A stretch of 58,913 nt of DNA, counting the filler, from Rhizaria sp. SCN 62-66 (lineage: Eukaryota), in the NCBI GenBank assembly GCA_001724265.1. It is 5 parts of 5 records of this genome, joined end to end, with 100 filler letters (N's around TTAATTAATTAA, not from the genome) between each part and the next. Parts side by side here need not be neighbours in the genome. Positions count along the whole stretch, not along the records: positions 1 to 11,933 come from MEDY01000540.1; positions 12,034 to 23,778 come from MEDY01000541.1; 3 more parts are not named here. The stretch is one strand, 5' to 3'. A program made the position numbers and the translations under genes. Under the pieces are notes generated by a model that was not told the DNA's origin, searched no databases, and saw only the letters and a list, made by a program, of their open reading frames with translations. The first letter of the stretch is position 1, and every line of letters begins with the position of its first letter. This document shows, piece by piece, positions 10,646-22,803 of this stretch.

Positions 10646-11933
10646 CTGCACGGACTTGTGCTAGGCATTGTGGGCGCTAGCTCCGATGACTATGTGCCGC
10701 AATAGGCAGATCCTGGCGACGACGCAGCACGTTGATCACAAACAAATCAATCCAATAGTCCCAGGTACATCGTCGTCAAATATTATTTATTTCTCGTTTT
10801 GGCCGTTCGAAAGAACTGGTGGAATAAAACGGCAAGTTTGTCTCAACCATGATACGCATTTTACTAAGAAGTCGTAGTATGCCGTCGCACATCGCACTGT
10901 ACATCTTGTATAATAAGCTTAAGCTTACAATGTAACGCACGAACAAAACGGGCGCACACCATTAATATCTTTGCGCTCAACGTCTGTTTAATATCTTCCT
11001 GCAACAACATTGCATTGTACAGTATTAGTTAAGCGACATCGAAATACATATTTTATATAACTTGAATAAAACATTATTTTAAAGATGTTGAAGACACGTT
11101 TATCAAAGTCAACATGTTTGTTGCAAGAATTCGCTGATCTGGTACTACAAAAATTCGAGATCAAGACTCGTACAAATACAATCTCAATTGTCAAGCACAG
11201 GTACCTAATAAGATATTTCCCTGAGATCTAAACTGAAACACGTGTATTGGTGTGGTTTTCTCGTAATCTGCTGCAGCCAGGCTAACTTATCAGTCCTGTT
11301 GTTGCCTTGTCAGACACTTCTTCAACATATGAAGGAGGTGCAGGGATTAGCGGCACTACAAATGATCTGCTGCTCTAACCGCACAAAAACAAGCATATTT
11401 TGATGACCAACCAACACACAGAACAGCAACCCAAAAACAACCGCATGATAACGGTATTATCCATTATCACGCGTGCAAATGATCAAGCGGATTCGATCGT
11501 AAAATTATAATTTTATCGTTCATTCATCATGTAGATTGTCATTAGCTTGTATCGAACATCTACACAACGCCCCGTTTATCCACATGGAGCCCCTTAATGA
11601 AATTTTAACGGCTTTTTGTGTTGCCCATAGCTTTTTTCGTTCAAATATGTATGGTATTGAACGGTTATAGGTACAAAAATAGTTCAAAATGCTGAAATAT
11701 ATTAACCTAATCATTGTTAACAACGAACCATTTCTATAATTGCCTTTAGTGCGGTATGTCACTCACTTCAACTCAATGTACTCGCTTCGTCTCTTGGCCC
11801 TCACAGTAAGAACATGTCCTTTCACGCCCCGAATGCGAACACAAGCTCTATCACGCCCCTGCCTGCCGGTTTCCATGGCTTTGGTCACCGCCAGCACAAT
11901 CGCCGCCACCTGCACCGCGAGCGCCCCTTCGGT

Positions 11934-12033
11934 NNNNNNNNNNNNNNNNNNNNNNNNNNNNNNNNNNNNNNNNNNNNTTAATTAATTAANNNNNNNNNNN
12001 NNNNNNNNNNNNNNNNNNNNNNNNNNNNNNNNN
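11934..12033. other. Artificial contig-joining spacer
   Basis: 44 N + TTAATTAATTAA (stops in all six frames) + 44 N. Confidence 0.98.
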
Positions 12034-12259
12034 TCGTGTTTGTGCGCAAATGGTTAGCAATCTCACATTGTAGTTGCGCACTCTTCGACACCACCTGCCC
12101 CGTCCCTTCCGTTGGGGTTCTCAAAATATCAAGTTTGGCCGGATGCAGGAGGCCAAACAAGGGCGAAGAGAGATTTTCTGAGAATCTTTGAAGTGCCTTT
12201 GTTTGAACAGGTTTGCTGCTTTGTCGCGCAAAACCTTCAACCTCCGCGTCGGAAAGTAG

Positions 12260-15200
12260 ATGTCTCTTTATTTTTCCGGCAATAAGCCCGTTTCTGCGCT
12301 GCAGCGCGCGCTTCAACGCTCCGCCCTCGCGAACGCGTTTAAACTGCCCGCATGCCCTCTTTCCCAGCAGCCCTCGCGCTCTGTCTCCGCCTCGGCCCTC
12401 GCTCTCGACCCTGCAGCGGCCTCCCAGCACCTTTCTGCCGCCCTCCTGCGCCGTCTTTCCGCGCTTCATAAGGCGTCCTCCGCTCCGTTCGCGGCCGGCT
12501 CTGGCTCTGGCTTCGTCGCTCCTGCAACCACGTCGTTCTCCGCTCACACCAGCTCGAACAGCTCCCAGTCCTCTACTGCCGAGCCCACCGCGAAGCCCTG
12601 GTGGCAGTCCCGCTGGATGCACCTTGCGCTGCAAGTTGCCACGGGCGCCCTCACCATCGCCGCGTTCACCGAACTCACTGGCGCCAAGTCCAATGTTCTG
12701 CTCGAGGCCCAGGCCTGTGGTATTGTCGCCTTCACCTCCAAGGACACCGCCGCGGTCGACTTCCTCCTCGAGGGTCTCACCATCCTCCAGAACCGCGGCT
12801 ACGACAGCGCCGGCGTCGCCACCGTCGCCCCCGCCGCCCCCAAGGACCCCAACAACCCCGACGCTGCTCCCGCGACTGGTGGCTCTATCGTGATCACCAA
12901 GCACGCCTCGTCCGTCTCCTCGACCTCTGACTCGATCGAGCTGCTCAAGGCCAACGCGCCCGCGCGCCACGTGGGCCACACGTGCGGCATTGCGCACACG
13001 CGCTGGGCCACCCACGGCGGCCGCACTGACGCCAACGCGCACCCGTTCATCGACTACAAGCACCGCCTCGCGCTCGTCCACAACGGCACTATCGAGAACT
13101 GCGGCGAGCTCCGCGCCGAGCTGCTCGCCAAGGGCGTTACGTTCACCTCGCAAACCGACTCCGAGGTCATCGTCAACCTTATCTCGGTGCTGCTCGACAC
13201 GGGTCTCACGGTCGAGGGCGCCGTCAAGGCCGCGCTCGCCCGCCTCGAAGGCACTTGGGGGCTCGTCGTCATTCACAAGGACGCGCCGCAGCAGCTCATC
13301 GCCGCCCGCAACGGCTCCCCTCTCGTCGTCGGCATCTCCGACCAGGGCATGTTCGTCGCCAGCGAAGTCACGGCCTTCATGCGCCACACCAGCCAGTTCA
13401 TCCCCCTCGCCGACGGCGAGCTCTGCACGGTGGGTCCCGACGCGACCTCTCTGTCGCTCTCCCGCGTCCAGCAGGCCCATACGGAGGTTATCGAGTCCTC
13501 GCCGGCGCCGTACCCGCACTGGACCATCAAGGAGATCTTTGAGCAGCCCGCCGCGCTGCTCCGTACCATCGGCTTCGGCTCGCGCGTCACACAGGTACGT
13601 CGACATTTACTGTTGGCTTTTGTCGGAATGAGTCCATTTTGACTCGAAACTTTAACAAAATCCGAGTTTGTTTTTCCTTTTTCAAACGAACGCTCTCGCA
13701 TCTTACTCAACGACTCCATTTCTCATCTTGTCGGCTCTTTCACACGTTTTTTTCCGCATCGCTCGCCATAGGACGGTTTCGTGAAGCTGGGCGGTCTCGA
13801 GCGGTCTCTTGACTCGCTTCTGCATGTCCAGGACCTCCTCATCGCCGCCTGCGGCACGTCGCTCTTCGCCGCTTCCTACGGCGCCAAGATTATGCGTTCC
13901 CTGGGCTCCTTCGCCACGGTCCAGCTCGAGGACGCCGCCGAAGTCGTGCCGGACTCGCTGCCCACCGCGCGCAAGCACAGCAACGGCTCCCGCACCGGCG
14001 GCATCTGCGTCGTGTCGCAGTCTGGCGAAACCAAGGACACTCACCGCGCACTCGTGCTCGGCATGGAGAATGATCTGCCGGCCTTTTCCGTCGTCAACCA
14101 GGTCGGCTCGCTCATTGCGCGCACCACGGGGTGCGGTGTGTACCTCAATGCGGGTCGTGAGCACGCCGTCGCCTCCACCAAGGCCTTCTCCACACAGGTA
14201 CGCTTCTTTCTTCACATATTTATCTCGCAATGTCATGTTTGTGCTATAAATTTAATGTTTTATGTGTATATTTTAATGTTATTTATGATTTTTGATCTTT
14301 TTGTGTTTATCTTGTCGCTGTATTTGTCTCACTGATTGTTGTACTCCTGTTGTCACAAAACTGTCTTTTTTCGGTCCTCTGCAGGTGACTGCGATGGCGA
14401 TGATTGCGGTGTGGTTCTCCCAAGCGCGCGCTCTGCAGGAGGCACAGCAACTGGCCCGCTACAAGGCCAAGGCCCACGCGTCTGCCACCGCGCACAACAA
14501 CAACTGCAGCAGCAACACGAGTCACACGAGCCATGCCAATGCGCCTAGCTCACCGCCCGCCGCCAACGCCGCCGCGGGGCGCGCGCGCCCGACCTCTGCC
14601 TCCGCTGGCGGCCGCAACAACAGCGCGAATCATGCCCACAACAACAACAGTGGTGACAACGACGACGACGGCTGCGAAATCGCGACCATCGTGCCCACGG
14701 CCAAGCAGCGCGAGCTCGTGGCGTCGCTGCACTCGTTGTCGTTCCACTTCACCACGGCGCTCAAGACGCACGAGCAGATGAAGACGCTGGCGCAAAAGCT
14801 CACCGGCGCCAAGTCGATGTTCCTCCTCGGTAAGGGCTTCGGCGAGGTACGTATTGCTCTTCAAGCTGCAACGTCAAACAAAAATCAAATAGCATAGATC
14901 AAACTGAATTCATACCATAACATGTGTTTAACTAGCTAGTATTTTTTTATAAGTTTTATTCTCACAAGAGTCGATATATGTCTTCAAACTCCTGTTTTTA
15001 TTCAATCGTATTATAGGCTATTGCGAAGGAGAGCGCGCTCAAGATCAAGGAGATCACCTACATCCACGCCGAGGGCTTCTCCGGCGGCGCCCTCAAGCAC
15101 GGTCCCTTTGCCCTGCTCGATGAGGGTACTCCTGTTGTGCTTTTTGCGTTCAACGACTGCCACTTCGAACTCATGCGCGTCGCTGCGCAGGAAGTCAAGG

Positions 15201-15412
15201 CGCGCGGCACGTTCAACATCGTCGTGACTGACCGTCCTGACGCGTTCGGCAAGGATACCGCGGACGAGATCGTGGTCGTGCCCAGCAATGGCATGCTCAC
15301 CGCGCTCACGGCTGTTGTGCCGATGCAGCTGCTGGCGTATGAGGTCGCCGTGGCCAAGGGGATTAATCCTGATAAGCCCAAGAACCTCGCCAAGGCCGTC
15401 ACTGTCGACTAA
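12260..15412 (+). CDS. GFAT: Glutamine--fructose-6-phosphate aminotransferase (isomerizing) with a 152-aa N-terminal extension
   Basis: Exons 12260-13594, 13772-14197, 14385-14846, 15017-15412, all with GTACG..AG introns. Motifs CGIV, NRGYDSAG, AHTRWATHG, VHNG, SQSGETKD, VASTKAF, ALKHGP and PKNLAKAVTVD. Ends TAA. Confidence 0.96.
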
Positions 15413-17059
15413 GTGGAGTGTACTTGTCGTGCTGTGTGTTGTTATAACGCTTGTCGTCATGCTATAACACCAGGAACGCATGGGTCGATGGCCCGGAACC
15501 TCGACGCGGCGAAGGCATTGCCATCACTCACTGACTAGTGACTGTGAGCAGTTAAGCTGTGCGTGTCTACGGTGTGAGTTCCTACTTGTGTGTGTGTGTG
15601 TGTCTCTCACTCTTTTTTTTGTTTTCTGCTTGTCTTTTCTCTATCAGTTACGCTTTTCTTTGTGACCTCTTTGTTTCTTGTGCTATAAGTGGATGCGCGT
15701 GTGTGTTGGCTTGTGTCGAATGATCTTTTCATCGTCGTCAACCAAACATAATTGCCATCACGTCATTAATAGCAATCACAAAAATCCCACCACTGCAAGT
15801 TTCTGTTCTCCTCTCTTTTTTTTCGTTGAGCTAACAACCAGCATCACCATCATGAACACTACTCAGTAAGGTCTGCAAAACATGTGTATAGTGGCTTTAG
15901 AATGTTGCCCTTGCTATGAAAGCAGCAGCAACACTTTGGAATCAGTTATTACTACGGCAGATATTACTCCGTGTATTCACATTGCTGAAGTCACGTTTGT
16001 TGGTATTGATACCAGCTTGTACGTGTAAGTATCTTCTTAGACTGTATCGCAGTGTCTACGTTGCTTGTGTATAGAAGCGACTGCCCACACAACAATCTAA
16101 GCATTTAGAGGTCTAAGTACCTCTCACTTTAAGTACTTACGCGTCAACAGCTTAATATTGTCTCTGTTCAATTGTCGCAACTGTCAACACAATGGTAGCA
16201 GTGAAACGCATTGCTTTGCTCTTGGGTGATTGTTCTCGGTTATCTCTTTCTGCTAGTACTTCTCTTCTTTTTCGTTTCTTGGTTTCGTGGAGAATATTCC
16301 CAATAAGGCAACGGTTTGTTGTTCTTATGCTCAAACACACGATATTTGTGTGTATTAGCCCAAATACATCATCTCAACTTGATCCATCGTCCTGATTGTT
16401 CTCACAGCCACGAATTCGCGCTCACACGCATAGCCATTTGAACTTGCAATATCCGTGATTTATAACCACAATATGTGCCAAACTGTGATTAAATAATGCA
16501 TATCATGACTAAATGCATACTTCAAATTGCGTGTCATTTCCAGGGCGATCGATAAAATGATCGCCCAAAGTGAGAGTTGCAAAAGTAGAATTGTGAATTT
16601 GGTAGAAGTGGGCAGATATCGACCAAAGTAAAAAATTTAGAGAAAAAAGCAATAGATTCAAATATATTAAACCTTAATTAATCGGAATAAGTTTTATTTA
16701 TATCATCATCAACGACTAAAATCACGAATATATACGTTAATTCATCACAAATACAAGATAAACAAATGCAAGGCTTCATACCAAGGTGCCTCCACAAGAT
16801 CGAACCCGTACAAAGCAAGATATCCCATCATACGACAATACAACTTGTGCCACATAGATTTTTGGGGCATCTCGATCATTATTCTATTTATACCCCCCTA
16901 TTTTACTATCTGCTATATCGTGTCCATACTGCTGCTACGCAGGTTCAACAAGAGTGAAATCCACTTTCACACATTTATCAACCCAAAGGCACCACGATCT
17001 AACCTCAAGGAGACGATCATGCGATCTAGAGTACATGTACGAGTAGTATGTTCGTTGAC

Positions 17060-18518
17060 TTACTCATTCTTCTCAAGAACTTGAATAATCTTCGCAAGCA
17101 GTGGCGAAATCTCGCCGCCCTCAGCCTTGGCCTTGGCCACAACATCCTCCACTTCCTGCACCTTTTGCTGGTAAAACTCGCGCTCCTTGTTAACGTTCAC
17201 AGACACTTCTTCAAGTTCTTGAATACGAGCCTTCATCTCGGCGAGCTTCGCCGCGCTCACCGTCGCCCCCGCGCCCGCGCGGGCAGCGGCGGCAGCAGTG
17301 GCGGCGTTATCAGCCGCGGCGAGAGCATAGGGAGTGTAGCCAGTCCGGTTCGGCGACACAGAGGCCTTTGCACCAGCACCAGGGGCACCAGTTCCAGTCC
17401 CAGTCGCGGTCGCGGCGGCACCAGCGGCGGGGCGGCGGGCGCCGGCGCCAGTGCCAGTGGCAGAGGTCGAGGACTTGGGCTTCGCTGCAGGCGAGCTGCC
17501 GACAGCAGCCGCCGAGCCAGAGCCAGCACCGGCCTCTGTGTGAGCGGCCGAAGAAGAAGTAACCGGGGCAGCGCTGCGGACGGTGGGAGCGGCGTTGGCG
17601 TTCTTGCACTTGGAGCGGCGCTCGATGGGGTCGTACGCAGCGCCAGCGCAGTTGGCGTTGTGGAAGGAGTACATCCACTGGAGGAACTCGATGTTGTCCT
17701 AACGTGGCATGATATGCATTCAATACGACAAATAATAGAGAATTAAGATAAGAAAAGTTATATAATAGAGTTTCGCCACTATGCGCAAAAATATATGTTT
17801 TGCGAAGATAATTGTAAGGCGTGGTATGCTATAATGTGAGAATAAACGAACCTGGTACTTGCAGCGCACGAGCTGTGCCACCGGCACAGCCTTAGGTGTG
17901 ACGTTATGCTGTGCAGCAACCTTGTCAATGGCCTGCTGAAGCAGCTTAAAGTTCTCCACGCTCTCGTACTCGTGTTTGGCGCCGAAGTTAACCTTGGACA
18001 TAGGGATCGAAGGAGTGGGATAGTAGATCTTGTCGAAGATCTGGCAGTAAAGAGCGCCTGTGCCACAGTCTTCGATCTTGGCGTAGTTAAGCTGGAACGT
18101 CGAGTTCACCCAGTCGAGCAACGCTTTGCGGCCGACGAAGTAGTTGTCTGCACAGCAGTGAGTAACGCAGAGGGTAGTGGGAGAAAATGCAGGGGAGATA
18201 TGTGAAGGCGGAATGAGACAGCGACAACGAACGATTGCATGTGGGGGGAGCAAAGATGAGGACAGAGAAGGGAGGCGATTGTTTGAGAAAACAAAAGTAA
18301 CATATTTCCACAGAACGCAAGCCCACTCATCAACAAACCCAACTCTTGTTTCTAGCAGCAGTTGGTTTGCACCTACACAGATGCATGGAAAGGAGGCCAG
18401 TGGATGGTTGCGCTCGCCCCAAACCCAAGAGCAAAAACGATGAGGGGCAAGGGGAAGAAGAGTACACATGCGCATGAAACGTACTGTTAAGGATGCCAAT
18501 AGACATGTTGGCAGCCAT
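17060..18518 (-). CDS. EB1: Microtubule end-binding protein EB1 (CH domain + EBH)
   Basis: Exons 18518-18485, 18147-17852, 17698-17060. Motifs YFVGRKALLDW, GALYCQIFD, ENFKLLQ, KYQDNIEFLQW and KEREFYQQKVQEVE. Ends TAA. Confidence 0.94.
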
Positions 18519-18995
18519 GGTGATCGCGGTGTCTGCACAGAGTGAAAGCAACGAGGGCAGCGCGGGATGGAGGCGAGAGAGGCGGCATGGGTGAGAGAGC
18601 AGAACGACTCCGAATAAAAGAGTGCACTGGAGCCGAAAATTGATATCCAGGCATAATTTATCAAGAAAATAAGGAAAATAACGCAGCATTAAATAAATAT
18701 CCAGCGCGAGTTTGCATAAGAACGGACGATGGAACGCGTGATTTCTTCAGCAATCTGCAGGATTTGCAAGCCAGTCGCATCTGCTTGGTTGGCTGTTTCA
18801 AACGCCACCAACGGCTCTATTTGCTAATCACAAAACCGATTGCCGTTCTTCATGGACACACCGCCAATGCACTGCTGAGTATGATAGCGCATGTTTTTCG
18901 TCTGTTTTCATCTATCAATTTTAATACTTTCTTGATTCTCCCTTATCTTCTTTGTCGTTTTGCGCCTTCTCGTGTTCGTCTTCAGACAGTTGAGT

Positions 18996-21900
18996 ATGAG
19001 CCACGTGCGCCTCTCCGCGCCCGTGCTCTCGGCTGCAGAGCGCTCCGGCAAGCTCGACCTGCACAACCAGAACCTCTCCCACTTTCCCGACTCAATCTGG
19101 ACGATTCCCAACGTTACCGCGATCGATATCAGTGGCAACGGAGCTACTGAGATCTCCCCCCTCATCTCCAGGTACGTGTTCTGAACAGGGTAGATATGCA
19201 CATTAACAGTGTCTTTTCGACGCATACTTCAAACCTACTACACACCATCACATTTTTTTTACTGTCATAACTTTTATATTTCCTTGCTAACATCTTTTGC
19301 TCTCTACTTCTCCGCCGGATGCTTCTGTTTCCCTTCTCCTTGCCCTCTTTCTCTTCCTTCACAGGGCTATTTCGCTCCAGACGCTGAACCTGGACGAAAA
19401 CCGCCGCCTTTCCTTCCTCCCCCCGGCCTTTGCCACACTCCCGTCTTTGAAGTATGTCTGTCTCGCGCACTGCACCGCGCTGCCCGCGTCCATCCGCGCT
19501 GCGTACGACACGGCCAAGAGCGCGCCGTTGAAGTACGGCCCCTCTGCGCGCGACGCGAAGCCGGTGCAGCAAGCCGTGCTTGAGCTCTACAGCCACAATA
19601 GTGATAGCTACAGTAACAACAACAACAACAGCAGCAGCAGCAACGGCTATAACAGTGGCAGCGCGCCTGTGAACAACAACAACAACGGTTCTGACTACGG
19701 TTATGGCAACAACAATAACAACAACTACAACAACGATAACAGTGCTGCTGCTCCTGCGTCCGACTACAACAACAACAGCAGCTACAGAAACAACAGCTAT
19801 AGCAACAGCAACAATAACAACAACAACAACAACACCGCGTACAACGCCGGCTACGGGTCCGCTGCGGACACGAACACTCGCGCTAACAGCGGCATTGGCG
19901 GCTACGACGAGGACTACTCCACTAACCAGCCCTCCACTTCTGCTGCGGCGGCAGGTACTTACCCCGATGTAAGTAGCCCTTACCCGGAGTTCACTCCTGA
20001 GCAAGAGGCCGCTTTCCAGCTCTTCAAGCAGCAGCGCCTACTTGAGCAACAGCAGCAGCAGCAGCAGCAACAGCAAGCGAACGCTAATGCGAACAATTAC
20101 AGCTACAACGCTAGCAGCTCCAGCTCCAGCTCTAGCTCGAGCTCGAGCTACGGCGCGAACAACGCTGGCGCTAGCGGCTTGACTTCTTCCGCCGGCGGCT
20201 TAACTTCGATGGAAGCTGAGTACGAGCGCCTGAAGGCGGAGAACCACGCCCGCATCACGCAGCTGCGCGCACAGGGAGCGATTACGGAGGCCGAGCTGCA
20301 GGAGATCTTCCAGGAGGATTACTACCCGCCGCCGGCGACCTACAGCAACACCGGTAACGGCGGCTCTGTTCCCAGTCAAAATGCACCGAGCAGCAACAAC
20401 TACAACAACACCAGTGGTAGCGGCAGTAATACCAGTGGTTTCGTGCCTGGCCGTTACGCTCCGACCCCTGTTGCGCCCACCCCCGTGCCTGCGATGGCGT
20501 CCATGTACCAGACGTCGTCGCACGCCGCCCATAGTAAAGAGGCGGGGGAGCGCTTCGCCGCCTTTAGTAAGGAGGCGGGCGCGGCGCACGCGGGGCCGAG
20601 CCAACACAAGGTGCCCTTTGCGCTCTTTGGCAGTGGTGGCGCTGCTCCCCGTGTAAGTACCCCATTAGACGGCGGTCTAAGTGCCCCGTCTTTCGCCGCT
20701 GGCGCCGCGACTGGCATCTCACCGGGAGCTATGCACGCCTCTCAAGGCACCTACAACAACAGCAGCAACAACAACACGGCTCAGGGCGCTGCGTACACCA
20801 GTAACGCCCCCTATGCTCCGCCTGCGCCTGTGCCTGTTGCTGTCGCGCGGGCGAATCAACAGCACGCTGGCTCGTCCGTGTCTTCTCTGCTGCACCACAA
20901 CCCCTGCGCTCAGCCCGGTGACCAGTCGAAGGGGGAGCCGTCTAAGGGGGTACTTAGCGGACAGCAGCAGCAGCAGAACCCTTACTTCCAGGACTCGACG
21001 CAGGGCCGGCCTGCGACACCCTTACACTCGCGCAACGCCGCCGCCGCGGCCCAGCGCGGGCACTCGATCTTCACCCCCGTAGACGGTGTAAATACCCCGT
21101 CCTCCGGCGCTGGCGCTCGCGCATCGAGCTACCACCCGCATAACCCGATCACCGACGCGGCCCCGCCGGTGTGGCTCTCGGAGGAAGCGGCCGCGCTGGC
21201 CAGACGCAACGCGGCCTCCAGCCACGCCGCTGCGCCGGTCTCGGCCGCCGCCCAGGGCCGGTTTGCGTCGGACGTGTTCAATGTTAAGCCGCCCGCCTCG
21301 CCGGTCAAGGGACAGGGTCCGCGGTTGGTGCATGACCCCGTCACAGGCGCGTACGCCGCCGCAGGGAATCAAATGAAGGCCGCCCTGCACCACCAGCACG
21401 GTCAGGGCGACAGCGGCATCGGCGGCGGTAATGTTGGCCACGGCGGTGTGAGTACCTTTGGCGGCGTGCGCACTTACGCGAATGTAAGTAGCGGCGCAGA
21501 CGTTGTCGCTGCACTCAGGCCCTGTGACTACCCCGTCCAAGTGACTGTGAGCAACAACCAGAATTCTAACAGCAACCAGAGCTTCAGCCACAACAACGAC
21601 AACGGCAACAGAGGCTCTGGCGGTGACTTTCTGGCCCACGTTAGCGGTGGCGCCCGCATCAGCGGCGGCGTCATCGAAGTCCTCAAGCCGCCGACCAACG
21701 CCGCCGCGGCCGCCGGCATGCGTGCCCGCGCCGGCGCGTCCGTGGCCAGTGCGATGTGGGGCGAGGGCGAGATCACGACGAGTAATCCTTATATCGCGCA
21801 AGGAGTGCTCGATGCGTCCTCCTCGGCCTCGGCCTCGGTCTCTGGCTCTGGGGCGGGTCGTGTGAGTACCCCCATAGACGGCAGCGTGCCGCGGTTCACG

Positions 21901-22260
21901 ATCCCGTCAGCGGCCGCGGTCACAGCGCGCTACGGTGCTGAGACGCCTCTGGGGCTCTCTGCCCACGGTCACTCGACTGCCCACGGTCACTCGAACCAGA
22001 GGAACCAGTCGTCGATGCCGGGGGGCGTGATTCCTGTCTGGGGCGGCGTCCCCTCGCACATGGCAGGCGGCTTAGCTTCGAACAGCAACAACAACAACAA
22101 CAATAACAACAACAATACCAATGGTGGTTATGGTGATAATGGCGGCAACCCTGCGACTGTGTTGCACGGCCGGCGGAGTGGCACGCCCACTGGCGGCTAC
22201 ACTTCCGGCGGGGGTGGCTTAACTTCAGAGAGCAGCTACGCCCCGATTGCGTACAATAAT

Positions 22261-22293
<33 letters not shown>

Positions 22294-22803
22294 AACAACA
22301 ACAACAACAACAACATTGGCAACATGGGCCACAACAATAACAATGTGAACTCTCAGTCCGCGATGTACCAGCAGCAGTTCCAGCAGTTCAAGATGCAACA
22401 GCAGCAGCAACAACAGCAGCAGCAATCTCAGCAGTATGCGCATCAGCAGCAGCAGCAGGGGCAGAACAGGCCGGGTGTAAGTATCCCCGGTGGCGACGTA
22501 AGTAGTCGGTTCACGAGCGACGTCGGCGCCGCACACCGCCGCGGCTCTGATATCTTCGGCTCACAGTCGGTCGGCCACAACTCGTTCACGCCTGTTCCCA
22601 ACAACAACTACAACAACGGATATAACAATAGCAGCAACAACAACAATGGCGGTTTCAACTCCAATATGAACAATAACAACAGCAACAACAATAACAACAA
22701 CAACAACAACAACAACAACGCGCTCAATGCAGAGGCGGCGGCCAACGCACGCGCGTCGTCACTCGATTACGCGCGGCGCCAGCGCTCTTCGAACATCTTC
22801 TGA
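18996..22803 (+). CDS. Protein with N-terminal leucine-rich repeats and a very long N/Q/S/G-rich low-complexity tail
   Basis: Exons 18996-19171 and 19365-22803. LRRs include LDLHNQNL, IDISGN, LQTLNLDEN and LKYVCLAHC. Poly-N and poly-Q tracts follow. Ends TGA. Confidence 0.8.
22255..22314 (+). repeat. (AAC/AAT)n microsatellite encoding poly-Asn
   Basis: About 20 consecutive Asn codons; similar tracts at ~22087-22116 and ~22684-22719. Confidence 0.9.

Noticed and set aside
11759-11933. Open minus-strand frame (TEGALAVQVAAIVLAVTKAME...) at the contig end
   Set aside because: It is short, truncated and has no motif, so it cannot be supported as a gene.
11978-11989. TTAATTAATTAA palindrome repeated four times
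   Set aside because: It is an assembly linker flanked by Ns, not a biological repeat or CRISPR array.
11978-13606. 542-aa minus-strand ORF, and similar long antisense ORFs (2489-3544, 25308-26609, 40523-42115, 41023-43077)
   Set aside because: These are shadows of GC3-rich sense genes with no recognisable motifs.
15413-15540. GC-rich GFAT 3' UTR as a glmS-type ribozyme
   Set aside because: There is no glmS ribozyme core, and that element is bacterial and lies in the 5' UTR.
16543-16566. 8-bp stem GGGCGATC..GATCGCCC in the GFAT-EB1 spacer
   Set aside because: It is too short to exceed chance expectation, and bacterial-style terminators are irrelevant here.
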